Virus record (IMG/VR): IMGVR_UViG_3300045988_063404
Reading direction: 5' to 3' (one strand)
DNA: 41,557 bases
Source: a virus
Each line of letters begins with the position of its first letter. The first letter of the stretch is position 1. This document shows positions 7,150-16,269 of this stretch, one piece after another. The position numbers and the translations under genes were made by a program. A model generated the notes under the pieces. It was given only the letters and a program-made list of their open reading frames with translations. It ran no database searches and was not told the origin of the DNA.

Positions 7150-7773
7150 ATGTCTAAACATGATTTCACTAATGGAGTAACACCAAAAGGCAGCTTACTG
7201 TTTCCGCACATTTATGAACCTGAAACCTACGAAGGTAAAGATGTAGGCTATACAGTCAACATTAAATTTGACCAGAAAGAAACTGATGCTCTCATTGCAG
7301 TTATTGACAAAGAACTGGAAAAAGCTAAACATTCTATCAACCTTAAACCAGGGCAGAAATGGTCTGCTGAACCATTCCTTGGTTATAAAGAAGACAAGGA
7401 TGGTGATATTGTCTTTAAGTTCAAAGCTAATTCGCACTACACAACAAAATCTGGAGATATGCATAAGGTTACTATCCCAGTATTTGATGCTCATGGAACA
7501 CCAATCAAAGAACCGCTGTCTATTGGTAATGGCACTATTGCAAAAATTGCATACACTCTTGTACCATACTGGATTTCTAAGGTTGTCAATGGTATCAAAC
7601 TTCGTCTTGATGCAGTCCAGATTATTGACTTAAAAGAATATGGGCAGAAGAGTGCAAAGGTTTTTGGTTTTGGTGAAGAAGAAGGCTTCTCTGCACCATC
7701 AGAGGATGCAGTGAATGCAGATGTTTCTTCATTACTTGAAGAGGCAGAAGAGGATGGAGACGTAGAGTTTTAA
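7150..7773 (+). CDS. Single-stranded DNA-binding protein (T7 gp2.5-like)
   Basis: Position immediately before endonuclease I, size 207 aa, and an acidic C-terminal tail ending in Phe (EEAEEDGDVEF), as in gp2.5. Confidence 0.8.
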   Translation: MSKHDFTNGVTPKGSLLFPHIYEPETYEGKDVGYTVNIKFDQKETDALIAVIDKELEKAKHSINLKPGQKWSAEPFLGYKEDKDGDIVFKFKANSHYTTKSGDMHKVTIPVFDAHGTPIKEPLSIGNGTIAKIAYTLVPYWISKVVNGIKLRLDAVQIIDLKEYGQKSAKVFGFGEEEGFSAPSEDAVNADVSSLLEEAEEDGDVEF

Positions 7774-7775
7774 TA

Positions 7776-8243
7776 ATGAATAAGAGGTTTTTTAGTCGGA
7801 GAGGCGGATGGTCTAAGCATGTAGATACTACCTATCGTTCTGGTCTGGAAGATAAAGTTGCAGCACAACTTAGGGATGCCAAAATTGATGCAAAGTATGA
7901 GGAGTATCAAATTCCATATGAGATTCCAGCATCTTTGCATCACTATACACCGGATTTTGTTTTACCTAATGGTATCATTATAGAGACAAAAGGTGTCTTT
8001 GATGTAGACGATCGAAAGAAACATCTCTTAATCAAAAAGCAATATCCTAAACTGGATATTAGATTTGTCTTTTCATCATCTAAGACCCATATTTATAAGG
8101 GTTCAAAGACAACATATGCTGACTGGTGCAACAAATATGGATTCAAGTTTGCGGACAAATGGATTCCAGATACATGGCTTAGAGAAAGAAAGAGAGCTAT
8201 CATAGGCTTGATTTATAATAAAAAGAATAAAGACACACAATAG
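7776..8243 (+). CDS. Endonuclease I / Holliday junction resolvase (T7 gp3-like)
   Basis: YRSGLEDKVAAQL and HHYTPDFVLPNGIIIETKG closely match T7 gp3 (YRSGLEDKVSKQL, HTYTPDFLLPNGIFVETKG). Confidence 0.9.
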   Translation: MNKRFFSRRGGWSKHVDTTYRSGLEDKVAAQLRDAKIDAKYEEYQIPYEIPASLHHYTPDFVLPNGIIIETKGVFDVDDRKKHLLIKKQYPKLDIRFVFSSSKTHIYKGSKTTYADWCNKYGFKFADKWIPDTWLRERKRAIIGLIYNKKNKDTQ

Positions 8244-8263
8244 AGAGAAAGGATTGAAAAGGA

Positions 8264-8623
8264 TTGGCATTTGTGAATTTAAAATTTAGAAAGAGGGATG
8301 GCACTGACTATATCTATATCGTAAAAAAAGATCTTCATAATATTGGTATAACACCTCTTAGAAATAAATGTTTGAGGAGAGGGGGTCTTGACACAGGGTT
8401 TCATTTTATCGTTAGACCAAATGGTGAAGTGATAGCTGATCGAGTTGAATATGCACACGCTGGTTGGTGGTTTAATTTTCCAGAGAGATCTTTAGCTATT
8501 CTTGTAGACACCAATGGGGATGAAATGTCAAGTGCCATAAAGAAGGCTATTAAAGAGATCACTAATAAGTATCCACAAGCACAGATTTTGGAAACTACTG
8601 ATGCAGGTGATATGGAGGACTGA
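8264..8623 (+). CDS. T7 gp3.5 (lysozyme / RNAP inhibitor)-like protein, truncated and lacking amidase residues
   Basis: The N-terminal VNLKFRKRDGTDYIY, then GLDTGFHFIVRPNGEV and SLAILVDTNG, align with T7 VQFKQRESTDAIF, WLDVGYHFIIKRDGTV and SIGVCLVGG. TTG start after AAAGGA. Confidence 0.65.
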   Translation: MAFVNLKFRKRDGTDYIYIVKKDLHNIGITPLRNKCLRRGGLDTGFHFIVRPNGEVIADRVEYAHAGWWFNFPERSLAILVDTNGDEMSSAIKKAIKEITNKYPQAQILETTDAGDMED

Positions 8624-8628
8624 GTTAA

Positions 8629-10278
8629 ATGATAGAGCATGAAGAGAGTACCGCAATTCGAGTTCATCTTCCATGTCCAGATTGCGGTTCTCATGATGCT
8701 CTATGTGAGTACAGTGATGGACACACATATTGCTTTTCATGCAAAACGTATCATGGAGCAGAGGATGACAGAGAAGTGGATCGCAACAAGAAGATACTTC
8801 CAATAGACAATATGAAACTGGATTCACTGAGAGCAAGAGGGATAACGGAAGCAACATGTCAGGCTTACTCATATTACAAAGTAAGAATGGATGATGGATG
8901 GGCTCAGGTAGCTAACTATTTTGATGATAGTGGAGGGCTTGTTGGTCAGAAGCTCAGATATGCTAATAAGATCTTTAAGGTTAGAGGTGATATTTCCAAT
9001 AGATTTTATGGACAGCAAAAGTGGGCTGGGGGCGGTGGTAAGAAACTTGTAATTACCGAAGGAGAAATTGATTGCTTAACCGTTTCACAGTTACAGGGCA
9101 ACAAGTATCCTGTTGTGTCTATTCCGTTAGGCGTGGGGTCTGCAAAAAAGGTTTTTAAAGCAAACATGGACTGGTTAAACTCTTTTGAACAGGTAATTGT
9201 GATGTTTGACATGGACGAAGCAGGAAGGCAGGCAGTTAAGAGCATCGAGGGTCTGTTGAAACCAAATAAGCTCTATGTTGCTAATCTCCCTCTTAAAGAC
9301 CCAAATGAATGTCTACTAAATGGTAAAGGTCAGGAAGTTATCAAAGCTATCTGGTCTGCAAAACCATATATGCCTGACGGTATCATTAATGGAAAAGACA
9401 CATGGGAAGAGGTGTCTAAGGAAGATGATAGTGATACAGGATATCCGTATCCATGGAATATTGATCTCAATAAGATGACTATGGGTATCCGTAAAGGGGA
9501 GCTAACAGTACTTACAGCCGGAACTGGTGTTGGAAAGACTACCTTTGTTCGAGAGGTTGCCTATGACATGGGTGTCAACAACCATCTTAAAGTAGGAATG
9601 TTGATGCTTGAAGAAAATGTTAAGAGGACAGTGAAAGGTCTTATGTCAATTGCTGCTGGCAAACGGCTTTACATCAATAGACAAGGCTTATCTGATGAGG
9701 AGTTTAAAGCTGCTTTTAATAAGACTATGGGTACAGGTAACTACGTCCTTTACGAACACTTTGGGTCACTTGAAGGTGACAATCTGATGGATAAAATTAG
9801 GTACATGGCAGTAGGTGAAAAATGTGATTTCATTATACTAGATCATGTATCTATCGCTGTCTCTGGTATTGAAGGAGATAATGAACGAAAGTTGATAGAT
9901 GTGCTTATGACTACCATGAGATCTCTTGTTGAAGAGACAGGAGTTGGTTTGATTGTCATTTCTCATCTTAGAAGAGTGCCAGACCAGCAGTCCCATGAAG
10001 AAGGGGGTGCTACTTCTTTGTCTCAGCTTAGGGGGTCGGGTGCAATTGCACAGTTGGCAGACACAGTTATTGGATTGGAGCGCAATCAGCAAGCAGATGG
10101 TAGAACGAAGAACCTTGTAAGAGTCAGAGTCTTAAAGAACAGATGGACAGGTGAAACAGGGATTGCCGGCTATTTGTACTATGATAGAGACACAGATCAC
10201 TTGACAGCTGTGGATAGGCTTACTGATTTTGATATTAATGAAGATGATGAGGATAATAATAACAATTGTCCTTTTTAA
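8629..10278 (+). CDS. DNA primase/helicase (T7 gp4-like)
   Basis: N-terminal zinc finger CPDCGSHDALCEYSDGHTYCFSC, a TOPRIM-type EGEIDCLT...MFDMDEAG segment, Walker A GTGVGKTT, and a DnaB-family helicase C-terminus. Confidence 0.95.
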   Translation: MIEHEESTAIRVHLPCPDCGSHDALCEYSDGHTYCFSCKTYHGAEDDREVDRNKKILPIDNMKLDSLRARGITEATCQAYSYYKVRMDDGWAQVANYFDDSGGLVGQKLRYANKIFKVRGDISNRFYGQQKWAGGGGKKLVITEGEIDCLTVSQLQGNKYPVVSIPLGVGSAKKVFKANMDWLNSFEQVIVMFDMDEAGRQAVKSIEGLLKPNKLYVANLPLKDPNECLLNGKGQEVIKAIWSAKPYMPDGIINGKDTWEEVSKEDDSDTGYPYPWNIDLNKMTMGIRKGELTVLTAGTGVGKTTFVREVAYDMGVNNHLKVGMLMLEENVKRTVKGLMSIAAGKRLYINRQGLSDEEFKAAFNKTMGTGNYVLYEHFGSLEGDNLMDKIRYMAVGEKCDFIILDHVSIAVSGIEGDNERKLIDVLMTTMRSLVEETGVGLIVISHLRRVPDQQSHEEGGATSLSQLRGSGAIAQLADTVIGLERNQQADGRTKNLVRVRVLKNRWTGETGIAGYLYYDRDTDHLTAVDRLTDFDINEDDEDNNNNCPF

Positions 10279-10294
10279 TAACTAAGGAGGAATT

Positions 10295-12178
10295 ATGAAA
10301 GTAGATTGGAAAGATCGTGAAGTATCTATGGGTATCTTTAGGGCAAAGTATGCCAAGAACCCTGAAGAAACTCCAGAAGAATTTTGTGAAAGAGTAGCAT
10401 CTATTGTGCGCCCAGAGCTTCACGACTTTGTTAAAGAGGGTCTGGAAAGTGGTACGTTCTGCTTTGGTGGACGTACCCTCTATATGGCAGGTAGACCAGA
10501 AGTTAAGGCATCTTCGTCTAACTGCTACATTATGCCAATGCCAGAAGATGACATTGCATCCATTTACAAGTCCAATGCAGAGATGGCTCGTATCTTTTCT
10601 CGTGGTGGTGGAGCGGGTGTAAACATCTCCAATCTCAGACCAAAGGGTGCAAAGGTAAGAAACGCAGCAGAGACTTCAACAGGGGCTGTGTCTTTCTTGG
10701 AGCTTTATAATACAACAGGAAACATCATTGGTGCTAGGGGGCGCAGAGCAGCTGAGATGATTATCCTCAACTGTGAACATCCAGACATTGAAGCTCTGCT
10801 TGATATGAAGGAGTCTGGAGCTAAGCTGGCATCTATGAATATTTCTGTCCTTTTCACTGATGAGTTTATGGAAGCCGTTCTGAATAATAAGAAGTTCCGT
10901 CTGCACTTTGAATGTAAAGACACTGGCGAGAACATTGAGAAGTTTATTGATGCTAGAAATTTCTTCACACACTTCTGTGAGGTTGCTTGGAATATGGGAG
11001 ATCCGGGGGTGTTATTCAATGACCGTATTCAGCAGCATAATTTTAATCCTAATCGTCCTAGTTATCATATTTCTGCTTCCAATCCATGCAGCGAATTTCT
11101 TGGAGCTGATTATAGCTCTTGTAATCTCGGGTCTATTAACGTATACAGCTTTGTCAGAAATAAGTTTAGCATTGCTGCATTTTTTGACTACAAGGCGTTC
11201 TCGGAAGCAGTAGTAAGAGGCGTTTTAGCACTGAATGATGTTCTCTCTTATGGTTACGATAAGCAGCCTCTTCCAGAGAACAAGAAGTGCATTGATGATT
11301 GGAGACAGATTGGTTTAGGACTATTTGGGTTGGCAGATGCTATGATTGCTCTGCATATCAAATATGGCTCTGAGGAGTCTATTAAATTCGTAGACACGCT
11401 CTTAAATACCATGCATAATATGGCTCTAAAAGCGTCTGTAGATGAAGCAATCAAATTTGGTAGCTATGGTAAGTTCTACAAAGGTATCCTTCCAATGGTT
11501 GATAAAGACCTGATGTCTCCAGATGAACTGAAAGATGTTATGGAACATGGGATGGCTAATGCTTCTCTGCTGTCTATTGCTCCAACTGGATCTATGAGTC
11601 TCTTTATGGGCAATTACACTGGTGGGTGTGAACCTATCTTTAAACTTTACTATGACCGTTCTACACATAAAATGGAGAAGACGGGAGATCATTTCCGTGT
11701 CTATGCACGATCCATTGAGGATCTTCTAAAATACTATGATTGCCCTCTTGATATGACGGTAGAGGAAATCAAAGAGATGTTTCCATGGGTCGTAGAAGCA
11801 CATGACATTCCATGGGCGAGTCGTGTAATTATCCAGGCAACAATGCAAAAATATGTAGACAATGCTATCAGCTCTACTGTCAACCTTCCACATGATGCAA
11901 CTGTAGATGATATTTTCAATATCTATGTAGCTGCTTGGAGAAGTGGGTGCAAAGGTATTACGGTATTTCGTGATGGTTGTAAGCGAGGAAATATTCTTGG
12001 GGTTGAAGATACTAAGAAAGAAGAAGTACAGAAGAAGGAAGAAACAGCACCTAAGCAGCCAAAATGTAGTGGTGATGCGGATTACAGAATTTGTCCGAAC
12101 TGTCATGAAAAACTCTTCAAAGTAGAAGGGCATTGTGGTTACTGTGTTGGTTGCGGGCATAGTGCTTGCATGGTTTAA
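10295..12178 (+). CDS. nrdJ: Ribonucleotide reductase, class II (adenosylcobalamin-dependent, NrdJ-like)
   Basis: Active-site SNPCSEF, ISSTVNLP and KGITVFRDGC, plus a C-terminal Cys cluster CPNCHEKL...CGYCVGCGHSAC typical of short class II RNRs. The class assignment is from motif memory only. Confidence 0.7.
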   Translation: MKVDWKDREVSMGIFRAKYAKNPEETPEEFCERVASIVRPELHDFVKEGLESGTFCFGGRTLYMAGRPEVKASSSNCYIMPMPEDDIASIYKSNAEMARIFSRGGGAGVNISNLRPKGAKVRNAAETSTGAVSFLELYNTTGNIIGARGRRAAEMIILNCEHPDIEALLDMKESGAKLASMNISVLFTDEFMEAVLNNKKFRLHFECKDTGENIEKFIDARNFFTHFCEVAWNMGDPGVLFNDRIQQHNFNPNRPSYHISASNPCSEFLGADYSSCNLGSINVYSFVRNKFSIAAFFDYKAFSEAVVRGVLALNDVLSYGYDKQPLPENKKCIDDWRQIGLGLFGLADAMIALHIKYGSEESIKFVDTLLNTMHNMALKASVDEAIKFGSYGKFYKGILPMVDKDLMSPDELKDVMEHGMANASLLSIAPTGSMSLFMGNYTGGCEPIFKLYYDRSTHKMEKTGDHFRVYARSIEDLLKYYDCPLDMTVEEIKEMFPWVVEAHDIPWASRVIIQATMQKYVDNAISSTVNLPHDATVDDIFNIYVAAWRSGCKGITVFRDGCKRGNILGVEDTKKEEVQKKEETAPKQPKCSGDADYRICPNCHEKLFKVEGHCGYCVGCGHSACMV

Positions 12179-12203
12179 GTGAGCATAAAGGAGGAAGTTA
12201 GGT

Positions 12204-13541
12204 ATGCTTATCTTTGATATTGAGACTGATGGTCTGTTAGACACAATGACGAAAATTCACTGTATGAGTATATCTGATGGACACCATAATGTTACTGGTT
12301 ATAGACCAGATGAAACTGAAGATGGAGTAAAGAGACTCTGGGAAGCTGTGAATAACGGAGAAGGAATTTGTGGACATAATATTATTAACTTCGATATTCC
12401 AGCTATCCAGAAGATCTATCCATGGTTTGATATACCTAGAGACAAGAGGCAGTATGTTGTAGACACATTAGTTCTGGCTAGACTGGTATTTTCCAATATT
12501 TCTGAGTCTGACTATGATGCTTTTAGACACAAGGAGATGCCGGGGGCTTTAATTGGGTCGCACACCTTAAAGGCTTACGGCTATCGTCTTGGTGTCTATA
12601 AAGGCACTTATGCAGAAGATACAGAAGATGCTTGGGCAATGTTTAACGAAGATATGCTGAAGTACAATAAGCAGGATGTAGTTGTTACGGAAGCTCTTTA
12701 CGAAAAGGAACTGGAAAAACATTATCCTGAAGCTGCTATTGCCCTAGAGCATAAGGCTCAGTGGCTAATGACAAAGCAGGAACAGAATGGCTTTCCCTTC
12801 GATATTGAAGGAGCAAAGGAACTTGAGAAGACCCTTAGAGATAGAGTTGCTACTGTGTCTTCAGAAATCAAAAATCTTGCTCCCCCTATTCCTGGAAAAG
12901 TATTCATTCCTAAAAGAGACAATAAGAGACTTGGATACAAAGCTGGTGTCCCTATTCAGAGATACAAAGAGTTCAATCCTGGTTCAAGACAGCAGATTGA
13001 ATGGGTCATTAGACAACATTATGGGTACAGTCCATCAAATGCAGACTTGTATGCAGAAGATGAAAGATTGAAAATTGATGAAACAACTTTTCATTTCATT
13101 GCAAAAGACAAAGAAGCTCCAGAAGAAGTTAGGGTGTTAGCTCCATTATTTGAAGAGCAGTTGATGCTTACGAAGCGTCTTGGTCAGCTTGCAGATGGAA
13201 CGCAGGCATGGTTGAAGTGTGTGAAAGGAGATGAAAAGATTCATGGAAGAGTCAATCCTAATGGCACTGTTAGTGGGCGTGCTACTCATTCTCAGCCTAA
13301 TGTTACTCAGGTTCCTCATGCGTCCAGTCCCTATGGCAAGGAGTGTCGTAGCTTATTTGGGGTGCCTAAAGGGTGGATTCAGGCTGGCATGGATGCTTGT
13401 GGTTTGGAGCTTAGGTGTCTATCTCATTTCCTATACCCTTATGATAATGGTGCATATGCTCATGAAGTAGTTCACGGTGACATTCATACAGCCAATCAGA
13501 AAGCTGCTGGTCTACCTACAAGAGATAAAGCAAAGACGTTT
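12204..13541 (+). CDS. DNA polymerase (T7 gp5-like, family A), exon 1
   Basis: 3'-5' exonuclease motif IFDIETDG and the polymerase domain up to GDIHTANQKAAGLPTRDKAKTF (T7: GDIHTKNQIAAELPTRDNAKTF). The homology stops after KTF, and the read-through tail NNMGVYKS...* is non-homologous. Confidence 0.9.
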
Positions 13542-14216
13542 AACAATATGGGCGTCTATAAATCCATTGAAAACGGTGAAACTCTTACTATGTAAGACAA
13601 TACCGTGCGAAGCCATCCAACTTAAAGGAGGTGATATTGTGAAGAGATGTATAATATGTGGAAAACTTTTGCCTTTAGAAGCATTTCATAAAAGTGCTAG
13701 TAATAAAGATGGGCATGATAATAGATGCAAACATTGCAAAAGTATTATGGCACATAACAAAAGAGAGTCTGATTATTTCAGGCAATACTGCATAACGAAG
13801 AAGAGTGAGTGTAAACACAAAAACATTCCTTTTGATTTAGACCCAGAGTATTTAGAAGAAATATGGACAGGAGAATGCCCAATCTTCCATGTACCTTTAA
13901 GCAAAAACCATAAAGGTAGAGGGTCTACGTATTCAGCGCATTTAGATAGATTTTACCCTAATAAGGGGTACGTCAAAGGAAATGTAGCATGGATAAGTGG
14001 TAGAGCAAACCGAATCAAATATGATGCAAGTATCAAAGAATTGAAACAGATTGTAAGTTGGATGGAACGTGTAACGACTATTCCGAAAGGAAGTACACCT
14101 AAGCAGGTGGAAGCGGTGGATACAGAGGATTCTGTAAAGAGATAGTCTGTTCTATATGGTGACATATAGCGGTCGAAAGACGCTTTGTAACTAGCGACTA
14201 CAGGGGAACACAAAAC
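13542..14216 (+). mobile_element. Putative group I intron (about 675 nt) carrying an HNH homing endonuclease, inserted in polymerase motif B
   Basis: The boundaries come from restoring KTF|IYAFLYGAGDEK (T7: KTFIYGFLYGAGDEK). Exon GACGTTT (13535-13541) can pair with GGGCGTC (13550-13556), giving U-G pairs at the splice site (P1). A GNRA-capped 7-bp hairpin lies at 14152-14169. The last intron nucleotide is C, not the canonical G. Confidence 0.6.
13639..14145 (+). CDS. HNH homing endonuclease (intron-encoded)
   Basis: GTG 13639 lies 7 nt after AAGGAGG. The protein has an N-terminal Cys cluster CIICG...CKHCK and an HNH core AHLDRFYPNKGYVKGNVAWISGRANRIK. Confidence 0.85.
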   Translation: MKRCIICGKLLPLEAFHKSASNKDGHDNRCKHCKSIMAHNKRESDYFRQYCITKKSECKHKNIPFDLDPEYLEEIWTGECPIFHVPLSKNHKGRGSTYSAHLDRFYPNKGYVKGNVAWISGRANRIKYDASIKELKQIVSWMERVTTIPKGSTPKQVEAVDTEDSVKR

Positions 14217-14750
14217 ATATACGCATTTTTATATGGTGCTGGTGATGAAAAGATGGGTAAGCTCATTGGGGGTGACGCAAAGGATGGTAAGGCAATTAAG
14301 AAAAAGTTCTTGAAAGCTAATCCAGCTATTGTGCAACTTCGAAAGGCTATCCATGATTGTTTGGTAGCAGAAGAGTATCGTGGAAAGATCATTAAGTGGC
14401 ATAGAAAGTACCTAAAGGGTCTTGATGGTAGACACTTGCATGTTAGATCTGTTCACTCAGCTCTTAACTTACTTCTACAATCTGCGGGTGCTTTGGTCTG
14501 TAAATACTGGATCGTAAGAACAGAAGAGCGTTTAATAGCTCGGGGGCTAAAGCATGGCTGGGATGGTGATTTTACCTTAATGGCATGGATTCATGATGAA
14601 GCCCAGTATGCTTGTAGAACTGAGGAGATTGCTAACATAGTGATCGAAGAAGGGGAGAAGGCTATGAGAGACACACAAGCCCATTTTAATTTCAGAGTGC
14701 AGTTGGATGTTGATGGAATGAAAGGCAAAAACTGGTATGACTGTCATTAA
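14217..14750 (+). CDS. DNA polymerase (T7 gp5-like), exon 2
   Basis: IYAFLYGAGDEKMGK..., KGLDGRHLHVRSVHSALNLLLQSAGALVCKYW, GDFTLMAWIHDEAQ and the C-terminal NWYDCH are colinear with the T7 gp5 C-terminus (...NWAICH). Confidence 0.9.
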   Translation: MYAFLYGAGDEKMGKLIGGDAKDGKAIKKKFLKANPAIVQLRKAIHDCLVAEEYRGKIIKWHRKYLKGLDGRHLHVRSVHSALNLLLQSAGALVCKYWIVRTEERLIARGLKHGWDGDFTLMAWIHDEAQYACRTEEIANIVIEEGEKAMRDTQAHFNFRVQLDVDGMKGKNWYDCH

Positions 14751-14777
14751 CAAAAGAAAACGGAAGGTGTTTATTTC

Positions 14778-14981
14778 TTGAATAAATATTTGGAAATACT
14801 TTGCAAGATGATGCAGAAGCAGTACAGACTTCAGAGTGACTTTGCCAGGGAACATGCTTTTATTATTGCAGAAGCTGCTTCTCGTGGTCACATTTCTTCG
14901 GTGTTGTCTGGGATAGCTACAAACTCTTGGTACGTTACGGCAAATGGATTTAAGCTATTGAAGAAGGAAGGATATTTATAA
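14778..14981 (+). CDS. T7 gp5.7-like small protein (in T7, an inhibitor of host sigmaS-RNAP)
   Basis: IIAEAASRGHISSV...ANGFKLLKKEG matches my recollection of T7 gp5.7 (LVAEAASRGHISCL...ASGTRFLKRMG). TTG start 9 nt after GGAAGGTG. Confidence 0.55.
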   Translation: MNKYLEILCKMMQKQYRLQSDFAREHAFIIAEAASRGHISSVLSGIATNSWYVTANGFKLLKKEGYL

Positions 14982-14982
14982 T

Positions 14983-15732
14983 ATGCTCTACATTCTTTTA
15001 GATGCCGATATGTTATGCTTTGTGTCTTGCTCTTCAGTGGAGCGAGAGATAAATTGGGGGGATGGGCTTTGGACTCTTCATGCTGACGCTAAAGAAGCTG
15101 AGACACAGGTAGATGATCGTATTGAAGGAATTGTCACTACTATCTTGGATAAGCTTAATTATGAAGGTGAATACAAGATCATTATGTGTATTTCAGATCC
15201 CGAATCTAACTTTAGAAAAAAGATCTTGTCTACCTACAAAGCTAATAGAATTGGTAAAAGAAAACCTGTTTGCTACTCTGAGGTACTCACATGGATTAAA
15301 ATGAATTACAATACAAAGATGATTTCTACTCTAGAGGCAGACGATGTAGTTGGTATCTTGGCTACCCGATTCAAAGGTCAGGAAGTTCATAGTTCAGGTG
15401 ACAAAGACTTTAGGTCTATTCCGGGCATATTCTACAATTTTCTTAAAGGGGAACTGTATCACATCTCTGAGAGAGAAGCCGACAAATGGTTTTATACCCA
15501 GACCCTCATAGGGGATCAGGCTGATAATTATAATGGGTGTCCGGGCATTGGTGAAAAGACAGCAGAAAAGATTTTTAAGAAGGAGGGAGTATCATGGGGG
15601 ACGGTGGAGAAAACATTTCTAAGAAAAGGGCTGACGAAAGAGGATGCTTTACAGCAAGCAAGAGTAGCTCGAATTTTAAGAGACACAGAGTACAGAGATG
15701 GAAAGATACATCTCTGGTGCCCATCGAAGTAG
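14983..15732 (+). CDS. 5'-3' exonuclease (T7 gp6-like, FEN/PIN family)
   Basis: LDADMLCF, STYKANR, LEADDVVGILA, GDKDFRSIPG and ARILRDTEY...IHLWCP are colinear with T7 gp6. Confidence 0.9.
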   Translation: MLYILLDADMLCFVSCSSVEREINWGDGLWTLHADAKEAETQVDDRIEGIVTTILDKLNYEGEYKIIMCISDPESNFRKKILSTYKANRIGKRKPVCYSEVLTWIKMNYNTKMISTLEADDVVGILATRFKGQEVHSSGDKDFRSIPGIFYNFLKGELYHISEREADKWFYTQTLIGDQADNYNGCPGIGEKTAEKIFKKEGVSWGTVEKTFLRKGLTKEDALQQARVARILRDTEYRDGKIHLWCPSK

Positions 15733-16214
15733 ACCCAAATGATGATAAGACCCTGAAATATATTGCATCTAAGGTATTTGAACAGATGCGTTCACTCCAT
15801 TCTAAGCCTGGCAAGACCTATGCTCATCTGGGGGCTATCTATGATAATCTTTATTTGTTGGCAAAAGCACATCACCTTATTCTATTTAGGAACACTAGAG
15901 GCCGAAATATTGGTGTCTTAGCTTTTGACATTGGAATACCTTGGTACACACATTACACATGTTTCAGTGAAGTTTTTGTTTTAGGATTAGACCCATCTTT
16001 CTATGGATTTGGTCGAGTAGCTTTGCAGTATATGAAGAAAAAAGCTAAGGATCTTGGTTGCTCTATTATGGAGACAGGAGCTTCCATGACTGATGACCCT
16101 AAGATGATTGAAAATCTTTATAAGAGGCATGGTAAGTGTAATTTTATGTATTCTTGCTTTGTTTGGACATTACCTATTACTAAGTCTATGACTGGGACTA
16201 TAGAGTATAATTAA
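15594..16214 (+). CDS. GNAT-like acetyltransferase (putative); start uncertain
   Basis: YGFGRVALQYMKKKAKDLGCSIM fits the GNAT motif A pattern (xGxGxxLLxxxxxxAxxxG). ATG 15594 has an AAGGAGG 6-7 nt upstream but overlaps gp6 by 139 nt. GTG 15717 is an alternative start. Confidence 0.45.
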   Translation: MGDGGENISKKRADERGCFTASKSSSNFKRHRVQRWKDTSLVPIEVDPNDDKTLKYIASKVFEQMRSLHSKPGKTYAHLGAIYDNLYLLAKAHHLILFRNTRGRNIGVLAFDIGIPWYTHYTCFSEVFVLGLDPSFYGFGRVALQYMKKKAKDLGCSIMETGASMTDDPKMIENLYKRHGKCNFMYSCFVWTLPITKSMTGTIEYN

Positions 16215-16236
16215 TTGAGACACTATCCATAGTGAC
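16212..16236 (+). promoter_or_regulatory. Phage promoter-like element with the TAATTGAGAC core but a longer downstream half
   Basis: TAATTGAGACACTATCCATAGTGAC is 2 nt longer between the core and TAG than the consensus copies. Confidence 0.35.
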
Positions 16237-16260
16237 TAATTGAGACACTCATTAGAGGAG
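16237..16260 (+). promoter_or_regulatory. Phage RNAP promoter, TAATTGAGACACTCATTAGAGGAG (predicted +1 G at 16255)
   Basis: Same core and spacing as 3837, 4280 and 37838. Its position is analogous to T7 phi6.5. Confidence 0.7.
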
Positions 16261-16269
16261 GTATACATT

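Noticed and set aside
13477-13638. The longer version of the HNH ORF starting at ATG 13477, and the exon-1 read-through tail to 13595
   Set aside because: ATG 13477 lies inside polymerase exon 1 in another frame and has no Shine-Dalgarno sequence, whereas GTG 13639 has AAGGAGG 7 nt upstream. The read-through tail NNMGVYKSIENGETLTM has no polymerase homology, although it partly mimics the motif B spacing.
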